Origin: Mycobacterium phage prophiGD17-1
DNA length: 51,224 bases
Sequence record: MW584165.1
Strand: one strand, 5' to 3'
Each line of letters opens with the position of its first letter. Position 1 is the first letter of the stretch. Both the position numbers and the translations under genes were made by a program. The notes beneath the pieces are model-generated. The model saw only the letters and a program-made list of their open reading frames with translations, was not told the origin of the DNA and did not search any database. Shown piece after piece: positions 32,189 through 42,484 of the stretch.

Positions 32189-35100
32189 GCTAATGGCCCT
32201 TTGGGTTTCGATCGTTCCCGACACCTCCCGACTGGTACGCGAGACCCGTCGCGCCGTCGACGGCATTGACCTGACGGTCGACATTGACGCCGACACCGGC
32301 AAGGCGCGCCTGCAAATCAAGCGCCTGGACCGCGAACTGAGCAAGGCGCGGCCCTACAAGATCGACATCGACCGCAAGCAGATCACCGAGGCCGCGTCCT
32401 TCATTTCCAAGACTCTCGGCGGGGCGATGGCAGGCGCCCTGGGCGGTCTAGCTATCACAGGCGCCGCTGGTGGACTGACAGCCCTTACCGGCGCCATCAT
32501 GTCCGCTAGCGGCGCGTTTGGACTTTTGCCGGCCACCGCTGGCGGCGCGGCGACAGCTATCGGCGCGCTCAAGGTCGCCACCCTCGGCTTCGGCGACGCC
32601 ATGAAGGACATTGGCGACCCCGAAAAGTTCGCAAAGGCTATCGCAGACCTGTCACCGAACGCCCGCGAGACCGCGACCGCTATCCAGTCCATGCTGCCGC
32701 AGCTCAAGGACTTGAAAAACGCGGTACAGGACCGATTCTTTGACGGATTCGCCTCCGACGTGAAGGCCCTGGGCGCCACCTATCTGCCGATGATGCAAGG
32801 CGCCATGGCCGACATTGCGGGCAGTGCAAACAGCGCACTCAAGAGCGTTTCGGCGCTTCTGCAAGCACCGCAATCCGTTTCGGACATGGCAACACTGACC
32901 GGAAACAGCGCGACGGCATTCAACACCTTGTCGCAGGCCCTTTCACTGGTCGTCAAATCTCTGCTGGATATCGGCACTGTCGGCTCCACCTTCCTGCCGC
33001 AGCTGGCGCAGGGCGCCACCAACGCCGCCAATTCCTTCGCCCGGTTCGTCAGCAATGCACGCGAAAGCGGCCGCATGACTGAGTGGATTCAGACCGGCAT
33101 TCATGCCATGGGCCAGCTCGCCGATATCACAGGCAATCTGGGGTCGATCATCGGCGGGGTGTTCCGCGCAGGAAACGACGTGGGCGGCGGATTCCTGGCT
33201 TCGTTGCAGACCGTGACACAGACGATGCGCGACTTCGTGAACTCCGCCGAGGGCCAGGATGCTTTTGGCGCCTTCTTCACTGGAGCCAAGGAAGCCCTTG
33301 CCGCCCTGTCGCCGATCCTCAAGACAGTCGGCCAAAGCCTGCTCGGCACCATCATCCCCGCATTCACCGGCCTGGGCACTGCCGCCGCGCCTGCGCTGCA
33401 AGCGGTGTTCACCAATCTGGCCGAGGTCATGAAGACCCTTGCCCCCGTGGTGACCTCGCTGGCGGGCCCTATCTCGACCCTGCTCGACGCCATCGGACCG
33501 GCCGTAGTCCAGACCATTCAAGCGCTCGCCCCGGCAATTGCGCCGTTGGCGCAGGCCTTCGCCGACCTGGTGGCTGGTGCGGCCCCGATCCTGCCTGTGC
33601 TCGGCCAGCTGGTCGGCGCGGTGGTCGGTGCGCTCGCCCCAGCCCTGTCGACGCTATTCAAGGCCCTGGCCCCGGTCGTATCGGCGCTCGCGAACGCACT
33701 CAAGCCAGTCATCGACCAGCTGGCGCCCGTACTGGCCGAGGTCGCAGGCACATTCGCAGGCGCCTTCGCGGGTGCCCTCCAGCAGGTCACGCCGCTGCTG
33801 CCCCCGCTGCTGGGCGCAATGGGCGATCTGCTTAAGACGGCGATTCCCCTTCTGCCTCCGCTGGCCGAGCTGGGCACCGCCGCCATTCCCGCCATCGCGG
33901 CGGCGATCAAGGTTGTGGCGCCACTGTTCACCGGCCTGGTCAAGATCCTCACACCCATCGTTGACGTGGTGATCAAGCCCATGATCAGCGGATTCAAGGC
34001 GCTGGCCGATGTCATCGGCGGGGTTGCTGGTGGCTTGAACGGCATCGTAGACAAGGCCAGCGGCTTCCTGTCCAAGGTGCCTGGCCTCGGCGGCATCTTC
34101 GGCCACAAAGACGGTGGCCCGATCGGCAACGTGCCGGGCTACGCCGGAGGCGGCAAGGTCAGCGGACGGGGCACCGGCACCAGCGACTCCATCTTGGCGT
34201 GGCTGTCCAATGGCGAAGGTGTCATGACAGCGGCGGCGATGCGCAATGGCGGCGCCCCAATCCTGGCCGCGCTAAACGCCGGGTGGGTGCCACCGGCGGA
34301 AATGCTGCACGCCATGATCCCTGGCTTCGCACAGGGTCTCAACCCTGGCGCCGACTTCCTGCGCACCACGATCATGCGCCAGTGGCCGCAGATCGATGAC
34401 ATCGGCGGGCGCCGCGCCGAGGACGGCTACGGCGAGCACTCCAGCGGCAACGCCATTGACGTGATGGTCCCCGGTTGGGACACCCCTCAGGGCATGATGC
34501 TCGGCAATCAGGTTGCAGGCTTCCTGGTCAAGAACCGCGAACAACTCGGCCTGGACGGATTCATCTGGCGCCAAACCAGCTACGGCTACGGCGGGTCTTT
34601 CACAGACGGCAAGGCCATGAATGACCGTGGTTCGCCGACGCAGAACCACATGGATCACCTTCATGTCATGCTCGGCAAGGGCCGTGGCGCTGGCGCGGCG
34701 GCTGTAGGCCTACCCACCAGCAGCATTTCGCTGCCCTCGGCGTCCGGTATGTCCGGCGGCGGCAGCCTCTTCGGGGGTGGTTCGTTATCCGGTCGCGGCG
34801 GTGGCGCCGCAGGCGCGCGCCGGGTCCGCGAGGCGCAGGACCGTGTGTCTGATCGTGACTTTGCCGTGCAGCAGGCGCAGGCCTCGCTGGACGAACTCAA
34901 CGCCAAGGACCCCAGCAAGGTCACGCAGAAGCAGCGCGACGCCGCCGAATACCGGCTGGCCAAAGCCAAGCGTGAGCAGGCCCAAGCCACCGACGACCTA
35001 ACAGCGACGCAAAACGAATACAACGCCGCCATGGCGAACTCACCATTTGGCGGTGGGGCCGGTGGTGGCAGCGCGGCGGGCAGTGACCTCGGCCAAGGGC

Positions 35101-35528
35101 TGATCGACGGTTTGTTTCAGGGCCTCGGGTTTGACGGTTCGCTGTTCTCCGATCCGAGGCAGTGGGGGCTGGTGAAGATGTTCACCGGCCTACTCGGCGG
35201 CGGCGCTGGTGGGCCGGGCCAGGGCGGGGGCGGCATGTTGAACAGCATGGGCCTGCCGAGCCTTACCGGGTTGTTCTCGCAGGGTCAGACATCGACGGTG
35301 ACCGCAGAAAATGTGATGCCCGGCGGCGGGCCCGGTGGCCTTATCGCGGGCATTGGCGATATCGCCACCAACGCTTTCGCCCAAGGCATGTCGGCCCCGA
35401 CCACCATCGACAACTCCATCAACCTCAACGGCAATCAGGGCATGGACCCGCAGGCCGTTCAAACGTCCATCCAGAAGAAGCAAAACGAACGGACGCGCAC
35501 CTACGCGACGGCAGGACTGGGAGCATGA
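32178..35528 (+). CDS. tape measure protein (1116 aa) with an embedded LAS/M15-like zinc-peptidase motif
   Basis: Long Ala/Gly-rich helical protein following G/GT. EHSSGNAID (H-x6-D) and HMDHLHV (H-x-H) at about 34435-34670. Confidence 0.9.
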   Translation: MSNELMALWVSIVPDTSRLVRETRRAVDGIDLTVDIDADTGKARLQIKRLDRELSKARPYKIDIDRKQITEAASFISKTLGGAMAGALGGLAITGAAGGLTALTGAIMSASGAFGLLPATAGGAATAIGALKVATLGFGDAMKDIGDPEKFAKAIADLSPNARETATAIQSMLPQLKDLKNAVQDRFFDGFASDVKALGATYLPMMQGAMADIAGSANSALKSVSALLQAPQSVSDMATLTGNSATAFNTLSQALSLVVKSLLDIGTVGSTFLPQLAQGATNAANSFARFVSNARESGRMTEWIQTGIHAMGQLADITGNLGSIIGGVFRAGNDVGGGFLASLQTVTQTMRDFVNSAEGQDAFGAFFTGAKEALAALSPILKTVGQSLLGTIIPAFTGLGTAAAPALQAVFTNLAEVMKTLAPVVTSLAGPISTLLDAIGPAVVQTIQALAPAIAPLAQAFADLVAGAAPILPVLGQLVGAVVGALAPALSTLFKALAPVVSALANALKPVIDQLAPVLAEVAGTFAGAFAGALQQVTPLLPPLLGAMGDLLKTAIPLLPPLAELGTAAIPAIAAAIKVVAPLFTGLVKILTPIVDVVIKPMISGFKALADVIGGVAGGLNGIVDKASGFLSKVPGLGGIFGHKDGGPIGNVPGYAGGGKVSGRGTGTSDSILAWLSNGEGVMTAAAMRNGGAPILAALNAGWVPPAEMLHAMIPGFAQGLNPGADFLRTTIMRQWPQIDDIGGRRAEDGYGEHSSGNAIDVMVPGWDTPQGMMLGNQVAGFLVKNREQLGLDGFIWRQTSYGYGGSFTDGKAMNDRGSPTQNHMDHLHVMLGKGRGAGAAAVGLPTSSISLPSASGMSGGGSLFGGGSLSGRGGGAAGARRVREAQDRVSDRDFAVQQAQASLDELNAKDPSKVTQKQRDAAEYRLAKAKREQAQATDDLTATQNEYNAAMANSPFGGGAGGGSAAGSDLGQGLIDGLFQGLGFDGSLFSDPRQWGLVKMFTGLLGGGAGGPGQGGGGMLNSMGLPSLTGLFSQGQTSTVTAENVMPGGGPGGLIAGIGDIATNAFAQGMSAPTTIDNSINLNGNQGMDPQAVQTSIQKKQNERTRTYATAGLGA

Positions 35529-36754
35529 CCGAATCAGCCACCGCGCCAGATCATTGGGGCGAGAACCCGGCCGACAACCAGATTCAACCGCCCTTCTACC
35601 GCTGGGGCGGAAACGCCAATGAGCTTGCCGGAGCGGTGTTTGCCGCTGTCAAGTTCCCCGGCTGGGAGCAATTCACCCGCTGGGAATGGCTGCCCGAAGA
35701 ACTTAAGAACATGGAAACCAACCTGCTGTACATCGGTGTCGATGGCAGCAAGTGGCATCTTGCCGGTAACCATCGCGGCCGCGAAGGGGCGGTGCTGGAG
35801 TCCGAGCTGATGGGCGCCATGTCGGTTCCGTTCGATCACCGGTTCTCGGAAGGGCCCTACCTGATCGGCTCACGGCTGGAGCGCACTGACATCAAACGGC
35901 GCACGCAGTCATTCGGCGTCATCTTGAACCCCAACGCCAATGTGCGGGCCCGCCTGAATATTTCGACCGAGACCATCTACCGCAACACCGAGGCTAGGTG
36001 GCAGCGCGCATGGTCCAAGACGCAGCACGGCTGGTTGGGCTACTTCACCCGCTCGACCGGATGGCGCTGGCTCAAGGTCATTTTGGACGGTGGCGCCACC
36101 CCAGAGACCATGAAAAAGGACCCGGTGGCGTTCGGTAACAACATGCGCCAGGTGACGATGAACGTCGTCAGCCCGGACCCCTACGCCTACAAAAAGATGT
36201 TCCGCTCCAAGACCGTTGGCTTCGACGCCACCAAGCCCAAGGTCGCGGTCGGCGGTGAGGGCTCACTGTTCACCACCCTTGAGGACTTCCTGACTGACGG
36301 CATCGAAGCACTGCCCATGCAGGCCTGGCTGACCCACGTCCAATACGTCAACAAGGGCCAAATCGATGACTGGCCGAAGTTCATCATCAGCGGCACCGGC
36401 ACGGCATGGATACAGGACGGCCTCACACAGAACTTGGTGCGCTGCCCCGAAATCTACAGCGGCGATGGCTTTCTCATGGTCGACACCGACCCGACCGCCC
36501 GCACCTTCACCACCAGCAAGGAACCCGTAGACAACGTGTTCTACCGGTTCGCGCGCCAGGCCGAAATCCTCGACTACCTGCCGCTGCTGCATGACCTGGG
36601 CGACCAAGGGCTGCCCGCGTGGCGCCGCACCCGTGGCCAGCGGTTCGCATCCATCATCCCGCGTGAGACGGCGGTTACGACCGCCGTCTACCACACCAAC
36701 CCCGAAGCAAAGGTAACAGCTTTCATGCCACAGAAGTACGAGACCGCTTTCTAG
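35525..36754 (+). CDS. minor tail protein (distal tail protein-like)
   Basis: ATGA overlap with the tape measure gene; 409 aa. Confidence 0.7.
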   Translation: MTESATAPDHWGENPADNQIQPPFYRWGGNANELAGAVFAAVKFPGWEQFTRWEWLPEELKNMETNLLYIGVDGSKWHLAGNHRGREGAVLESELMGAMSVPFDHRFSEGPYLIGSRLERTDIKRRTQSFGVILNPNANVRARLNISTETIYRNTEARWQRAWSKTQHGWLGYFTRSTGWRWLKVILDGGATPETMKKDPVAFGNNMRQVTMNVVSPDPYAYKKMFRSKTVGFDATKPKVAVGGEGSLFTTLEDFLTDGIEALPMQAWLTHVQYVNKGQIDDWPKFIISGTGTAWIQDGLTQNLVRCPEIYSGDGFLMVDTDPTARTFTTSKEPVDNVFYRFARQAEILDYLPLLHDLGDQGLPAWRRTRGQRFASIIPRETAVTTAVYHTNPEAKVTAFMPQKYETAF

Positions 36755-38476
36755 ATGGCAACTTTGGCTGCGCCCGATCCTGCGCGCAGCCCCAGTGAGG
36801 CGTACCGCTACATGCATCGGCGGCGCCAGGTCATCATCGACTCGGCCCGCCAGCGCCCACTAATCCGCCTGTGGGACAAGGACATGAAGTTCATCGGCGT
36901 TGTTGCCGCTGAACAAAAACTTGACGCCGAAGAGATGATTCACGCGGCCGGGCAGGGCTCAATCACGCTGCTCGCGAACGACTGGCTGACCGAGTTCATT
37001 ACCCGCGATGTGCGCGCCGAAGAGGACTTGCACATCACCATCGACCCCAACCCGACCAAGCGGTCGTGGCGCACCCGCTGGGGCGGCAAGGTCGAATCGG
37101 TCAACATCAAGCGGACCGCTGACGGCATCCACTTGGTCGAGCTACAGCTCATCCACAACCGCAAGCACCTCGAACATATCTTGTTGGGCGCCAACCCATT
37201 CTTTCCACCCGAGGTTCAGCAGCCGAAGATGTGGCTGCTACCTGGCAACACCCGCACCATCTGCGCCACAACACTGTTCGTGAACCTGGCCCGCCAGTAC
37301 ATGCCGGGTTTCAACATCATCACCAACATCGCCAACCCGGCGGTGTGGCTGGGCACCAAGCTCACCAACATCAGCCCGCTTGACTGGCCGGTGCAGGTCG
37401 CTTTCGTCAACCCGTTCCTGGATCAGTCGCGGCTGAGCTTTGTCACCTCACGGTGGACCGACGCGCACAGTGTCTTCGATCCGATCCTCAAGGACGCCGG
37501 GTGCATCATCCGCGCCTACACCTGGCTGACCGAGGATGAGGACTCGCCACACACCGAGCTGTCCGAACTGCTCGGCAACAACATCTTGACCCGGCCCACC
37601 CGTAACTGCGTTGTCCTTGCGGTAGAAGACAAGTCGGGCGTCACCGGCCCCACTGGCACCGCCATCGACGGTGTGATCAACCTGGTCGGCTCCCTGGCCG
37701 ACGACATGATCACCGAGACCATTATTCCGGTCGACGCCGACCACGACGGCAAGACCGATCCGCTATTTCGTAAGTGGCTCAAGGTCGCCCCGGCGCCGCC
37801 AACGGTGATCTTCCGCGACACAGAGCATTCGGCGATCATCGACGCCGTTAGGGCGGTGCACAAGGCCAAGGCCCGCACCATCATGACCGGTTCTAAGTCA
37901 CCGGCAATTGTTAACCAGCTCCAGACATTTGGCATCAAGTACGCCCTGTCAGAGCTGTCGGCGCTGATATCTCAAGGCCCGTTTGCCGCACAGGTTCCCG
38001 GCACTCCGGGCTTGGAAGAGCTCTATCAGGGCCAATTGGACAATAGTCTGCTTGCGTACCAACGGTTTACGGATATCAAGCGTGTATTCCAGATGGGCAC
38101 ACACGCTTTCCTTGAGCACTGGGAAGCGGGCTCAGGCTCGGCATACACCGTGTCCGGTATCAAGTCGCTGCGCGATGGCCACTGGAAAACGCGGCCTTAC
38201 ACCAGCTTTAAGACAAACGTCGTCAATGGCTACCCCTGGCTGGTTCATTACGACTTCACTCTCGGCGACCGCCTGGGCTTTGAGTTGGTCGATGTCATCC
38301 ACGCCGACCAGTGCTCGGCGATTCGGATGGCCTACGACGAGACCACGCCGCTGCAATACGGGCTGTCAATCGGTATGGACGGCGAAGAAGAAGATCCCGC
38401 CGCCAAGGGGATGCGAACACTGCAAGCGGCCTGGTCGGTCGTCGGAATGCTCATGGGAAGTGGAGACGAATTCTAA
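36755..38476 (+). CDS. minor tail protein (tail tip / hub-like)
   Basis: 573 aa directly after Dit. Confidence 0.7.
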   Translation: MATLAAPDPARSPSEAYRYMHRRRQVIIDSARQRPLIRLWDKDMKFIGVVAAEQKLDAEEMIHAAGQGSITLLANDWLTEFITRDVRAEEDLHITIDPNPTKRSWRTRWGGKVESVNIKRTADGIHLVELQLIHNRKHLEHILLGANPFFPPEVQQPKMWLLPGNTRTICATTLFVNLARQYMPGFNIITNIANPAVWLGTKLTNISPLDWPVQVAFVNPFLDQSRLSFVTSRWTDAHSVFDPILKDAGCIIRAYTWLTEDEDSPHTELSELLGNNILTRPTRNCVVLAVEDKSGVTGPTGTAIDGVINLVGSLADDMITETIIPVDADHDGKTDPLFRKWLKVAPAPPTVIFRDTEHSAIIDAVRAVHKAKARTIMTGSKSPAIVNQLQTFGIKYALSELSALISQGPFAAQVPGTPGLEELYQGQLDNSLLAYQRFTDIKRVFQMGTHAFLEHWEAGSGSAYTVSGIKSLRDGHWKTRPYTSFKTNVVNGYPWLVHYDFTLGDRLGFELVDVIHADQCSAIRMAYDETTPLQYGLSIGMDGEEEDPAAKGMRTLQAAWSVVGMLMGSGDEF

Positions 38477-38961
38477 TGTACGTCAACGGCACTCACGAAG
38501 GCGCGGCCATGGGCACCGATCCACGGGTCACCGACGCCCCTGCCGAACACCTGCACAACGCCAACGTGGCCATGCATCAGATAGCCAGCGCGTTGGTGGC
38601 GGTCGGCATGCGCGACGGCAAGACATTGGACCTGTCCTATCTGGCGCCGATGATTGCCTATCACCTTGCGCTGCGCGGCTTCCGGCTTCACCAGGATGAG
38701 GCGCTGATCAAGAGCCGCCGTGTCGAAGGCGCCCAACACGAGGGCGCTTTGGAGTGGGTGGGCATCAATGCACCCGATGACGTGCGCGAGGAAATCGACA
38801 CCGCCACCACGCCGCAGGACATCGAAAACCTGTCCGGCAACGCCAAGGCCTTTTGGATTCGCCAGCTCGGCGGTGTGCCCGTCGATGACATGCCCGAGGG
38901 CTGGCGACAGAAGACCCGCATCACTTTCCAAGACGACGAGCAGACGGAGGCTCCACTATGA
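38476..38961 (+). CDS. minor tail protein
   Basis: TAATG overlap. Confidence 0.55.
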   Translation: MYVNGTHEGAAMGTDPRVTDAPAEHLHNANVAMHQIASALVAVGMRDGKTLDLSYLAPMIAYHLALRGFRLHQDEALIKSRRVEGAQHEGALEWVGINAPDDVREEIDTATTPQDIENLSGNAKAFWIRQLGGVPVDDMPEGWRQKTRITFQDDEQTEAPL

Positions 38962-40067
38962 CCGCACCCGCCGACCCGGTACAGGCGCAGCTTGGCGACC
39001 GGGTGTATCTGGGCACCCGGCTGGCCAATGTGCACTTCTACGGCGACGTGTCCGACATCGACACGCCCGGCGCCACCACGGCCACGATGGAAATGGTTGG
39101 CGACGACGCGGTGGTCACCATGGACGCCCTGGTAGGCCCCAAAGGCAATGACGGCGAGATGGCACCCATTGTCCGCATGCAATACGGCTCACCCATTGAC
39201 AGCCTGCAAGAGCTTGAAGAGCTGGCCAACACCCTGACCGACACCCCCGACGACATCGGCAAGGCCTGGTGGATCGGCAACCAGGTCTACATGTGGGACG
39301 GCACCGGATTCAAGGTCAAGGCCATGGGCACCGCCGGACCGGCCGGGCCCGTGCCGAACATCTCCCCCACCATTGAGTCGATCCCGTGGGCCGAGCAGCT
39401 GGCGGGCCGCAAGTCCAAGATCACCGTCAGCGGCACCGCCAACAACCCTGGCTGGCATTTCGAGATTGCAGCACCGCAGGGCCCCAAGGGCGATAACGCC
39501 ACCATCGCCGACGCGCTCGACTTCGATGACACCCTGCCGCCCACAGGGGGCCAGGTCGTCACCTGGGATGCCACCAAAAGCAAGTTCGTCCTGGCCGATC
39601 CCAACCCGTTCGCCACACGCATGTACACGATGCCGGAGGCCGCGTTTCAGTCGGTGCCGCTGGCCGTGGGTACCAAGGTCCCGATCGGTTCGCGCGAGAT
39701 TCCCGAGCAGACGCAGGAATACAACCTGTGGGTGCAGGGGCACCTGCGCACCAACGGTGTGGACCTTGACTTTGATCCGTTCCAGATCGGTTGCGAGGTC
39801 CGCATTTCCGAGCCGAACACCGATCCCAAGGGCGGCATCTTGGTGGCCCGCGGCTTCGGCAACTCCTCGCAGATGTTGCATATCAGCCCGCACGCGTCGA
39901 CACCACAAACACCTTCCGATGCCATCTCCCCCGATGGCGTGTACGGCAGATTCCCGCAGGGGCAAAAGCGCATCCTGACGGTGTTCTTGTACACCGACGG
40001 CCTGTTCGGCGTCTACAACTTTCAGCCCCGCGACGCACAGCTGGCCATTCAGGTGATCCCGGTCTAA
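38958..40067 (+). CDS. minor tail protein
   Basis: ATGA overlap; 369 aa. Confidence 0.65.
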   Translation: MTAPADPVQAQLGDRVYLGTRLANVHFYGDVSDIDTPGATTATMEMVGDDAVVTMDALVGPKGNDGEMAPIVRMQYGSPIDSLQELEELANTLTDTPDDIGKAWWIGNQVYMWDGTGFKVKAMGTAGPAGPVPNISPTIESIPWAEQLAGRKSKITVSGTANNPGWHFEIAAPQGPKGDNATIADALDFDDTLPPTGGQVVTWDATKSKFVLADPNPFATRMYTMPEAAFQSVPLAVGTKVPIGSREIPEQTQEYNLWVQGHLRTNGVDLDFDPFQIGCEVRISEPNTDPKGGILVARGFGNSSQMLHISPHASTPQTPSDAISPDGVYGRFPQGQKRILTVFLYTDGLFGVYNFQPRDAQLAIQVIPV

Positions 40068-41455
40068 TGGCCGTCTTCGATCGGCGTCAAGTCGGGCCAC
40101 CGCTTACCCACAATCCGAACACCAAGCTGGCCTTCGACAATCCCATGGCCTTCACCAAGGGCGCGGGCGACGGCGTTGACCGCTTCATCGGAATGATTGT
40201 CGAGGGCATCAAGCGCCTGTTCGGCATCGACCTGGCCGCACTGGCGGGAATTCTGACCGGCAAGTGGAACATCCTTGAGGGCCTACAGGGCGCAGTGTCC
40301 ACGGTGCAGGGCGCCATCACCAACATTCAGTCGGCCATCACCAGCCTGCAAGACAAGGTCGAAGACATCCCCGTACTGGGCGACTTATTCGAAATCATCA
40401 CCGGCAGACCAGATTCAGACCCCAACGATGCCGGTACGTGGATACGCAACGCCTTCGACGCCATTCTGCACGGCAGCCAGGGCGGCACCAACCCCGGCAG
40501 CAACGACAACTTCATCACCAACCTGTTCAACGCCATCACCGGAGTACGCAATACCGCGAACTCCGCGCAGTCGACGGCCTCGAATGCCCAGTCTGCCGCT
40601 GGCAGTGCACTTTCCAACGTCACACAAGTCGCGCAAAGCATCTTCAACTCTTGGTTCGGCGGGTCCACTGCGGCGGGCACTCCCGCCGAGGTTGAGCAGA
40701 CTATCGCGGCGATCAAGCAAGCCGTCATCAACGGATACACGGTGGACACGATCACTTCATCCGCCTCATACGATCGACCGTCCGCCAACATAACCGACCT
40801 AGTTGTCATCGGGATCGGATCAGGCAGCAACGGATATGCAGGCTCCAGCGGGACCACATCAGCGGGAGGGGTGGCCGGTTCCGGCGGACTAAATGGCGGA
40901 TACCTTGCCCTAAAGCTGAATCCGGCCGCGATTACCTGGCCCGTTGACGTGACGATCGGGACCAACGGCAACGACACGTCCTTTGGGCCCTACTTGACGA
41001 CCACCTCGGGAGCCGGTGGCATCCAGGGCGATTTTGGCTACCAGGCTACGTCGTCAACTCCCGGTAGTGGCGGTGCTGGCGGCACTGGAGGGTTCAAGGC
41101 TGACACTTCAGCCAACTACGGCACCACCGGGCGTACCGGAGTCTCATCGGCAGCTGCCAGCGGCGGAACTGGCGGGTCGCCTTCTGCCCTGCCTGCCGGG
41201 CCGGGAACCGCTGGCGACTCAGTGTCCGCAGGAGCGGAAATCAAATGTGGCGGCGCTGGAGGCGGCGGAGGCGGCGGCGGAAACCCAACCGGCACTCTCG
41301 CGCAAGGACGCGGAGGCGACGGTGGAGCTGGAGGCTACCCCGGAGGCGGCGGTGGCGGCGGAGGTGGCGGTGCCGGATGGAGCACTGGCAGTAAGGGGTC
41401 GGGAGGCTCAGGTGGCCCCGGCGCGAGCGGTGTCCTATGGGTGTTCTGGAAGTGA
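40067..41455 (+). CDS. minor tail protein with a glycine-rich C-terminus
   Basis: TAATG overlap. C-terminal GGAGGGGGGGGNPTG...GGGGGGGGGGAGW, as in mycobacteriophage tail fibre proteins. Confidence 0.65.
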   Translation: MAVFDRRQVGPPLTHNPNTKLAFDNPMAFTKGAGDGVDRFIGMIVEGIKRLFGIDLAALAGILTGKWNILEGLQGAVSTVQGAITNIQSAITSLQDKVEDIPVLGDLFEIITGRPDSDPNDAGTWIRNAFDAILHGSQGGTNPGSNDNFITNLFNAITGVRNTANSAQSTASNAQSAAGSALSNVTQVAQSIFNSWFGGSTAAGTPAEVEQTIAAIKQAVINGYTVDTITSSASYDRPSANITDLVVIGIGSGSNGYAGSSGTTSAGGVAGSGGLNGGYLALKLNPAAITWPVDVTIGTNGNDTSFGPYLTTTSGAGGIQGDFGYQATSSTPGSGGAGGTGGFKADTSANYGTTGRTGVSSAAASGGTGGSPSALPAGPGTAGDSVSAGAEIKCGGAGGGGGGGGNPTGTLAQGRGGDGGAGGYPGGGGGGGGGGAGWSTGSKGSGGSGGPGASGVLWVFWK

Positions 41456-41802
41456 TGGAAATGGCTACAGCTGAATTGGTTTCAGAGTTTCTGCCGCAGT
41501 TCTGCCCGAAAACCAACCACTACCGGTGTAGTGATGGCGACAAGACGTGGCACCTTCTGATCACTGTGCCCTCTGGCGAGAGCCTGAACACATTGCGCGA
41601 AGGCCTTGGCCTACCGATTCATGCAGTCGAATCTCATCTGCCACAACACGTTGACGTGTTCCTGGCCGACGAGGGCGGGACCGTGCTTGACGCCGACATG
41701 AACCCCGCCAATGGGCTAACGCCGCTGTGCCGAATCAACCACTGTACGTCGCACGTTCAAGCGCTTTCGAGAATGGGTTACCAGACAGGGGAATTGGCAT
41801 GA
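41455..41802 (+). CDS. hypothetical tail-module protein
   Basis: TGATG overlap. Confidence 0.5.
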   Translation: MEMATAELVSEFLPQFCPKTNHYRCSDGDKTWHLLITVPSGESLNTLREGLGLPIHAVESHLPQHVDVFLADEGGTVLDADMNPANGLTPLCRINHCTSHVQALSRMGYQTGELA

Positions 41803-42179
41803 CCTCACCGTTGATTGGCGGCTACGACCCCGACCTGCGAATCACCCTATCGGTCCGGCAGGACTTCATCTTGCTGCTGCGCCTCAAGGCTGACGATGAC
41901 GGCACCGCGCCGAACATTCATGACATCTTTCCGGCAGGCACCACCATCGATCTGCGGTTCTACCCGGACATGGCGGCGGTCCGTGCCGGTACCGAAATAG
42001 ACGGCACAGCAATACAACCAACCATCACCGATGACGGTGTATTCATCCGCATTGAGTCGCCCATCGCCGACAAGATCCCAGCCAAAGCCGAGGCGCGGCT
42101 GACCGTCACCTACCCGTCGAGCTATCCCAACGGCGATAACCTGCCATGGGCCAAATGCCGGGTGGCGCGCGATGACTGA
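41799..42179 (+). CDS. hypothetical tail-module protein
   Basis: ATGA overlap. Confidence 0.5.
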   Translation: MTSPLIGGYDPDLRITLSVRQDFILLLRLKADDDGTAPNIHDIFPAGTTIDLRFYPDMAAVRAGTEIDGTAIQPTITDDGVFIRIESPIADKIPAKAEARLTVTYPSSYPNGDNLPWAKCRVARDD

Positions 42180-42468
42180 GCTTCCCCGCCTAGTCATCGA
42201 TACCGAGCCGGTGCCGGTCATCGAACTGACCGCACCAAGCCGCCCCAAGCTCACACTGGCCCCGCCAAAGCCATCCGAGCAGATAGCCACACCAGTGCCC
42301 GGCCCACCAGGACCACGCGGAGAGCAAGGCGCACAAGGCGAACCCGGCCCAGCCTTCTCCGGCGTAGCCACCTGGTACGGCACAGGCGAACCGGACGTGA
42401 TCGTTGGCGCCAAGCCTGGCGACCTCTACATCGATGTCAGCACCGGCATCACCTACGAACTCAAATAG
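42172..42468 (+). CDS. collagen-like (Gly-X-Y) small tail protein
   Basis: PGPPGPRGEQGAQGEPGPA. The C-terminus GDLYIDVSTGITYELK is paralogous to the next gene. Confidence 0.55.
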   Translation: MTELPRLVIDTEPVPVIELTAPSRPKLTLAPPKPSEQIATPVPGPPGPRGEQGAQGEPGPAFSGVATWYGTGEPDVIVGAKPGDLYIDVSTGITYELK

Positions 42469-42484
42469 CAAGGGAGACAAAGCT

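Noticed and set aside
41250-41400. GGC/GGA-rich simple-sequence tract
   Set aside because: Encodes the poly-glycine C-terminus of minor tail protein 40067-41455; a coding low-complexity region, not a non-coding repeat.
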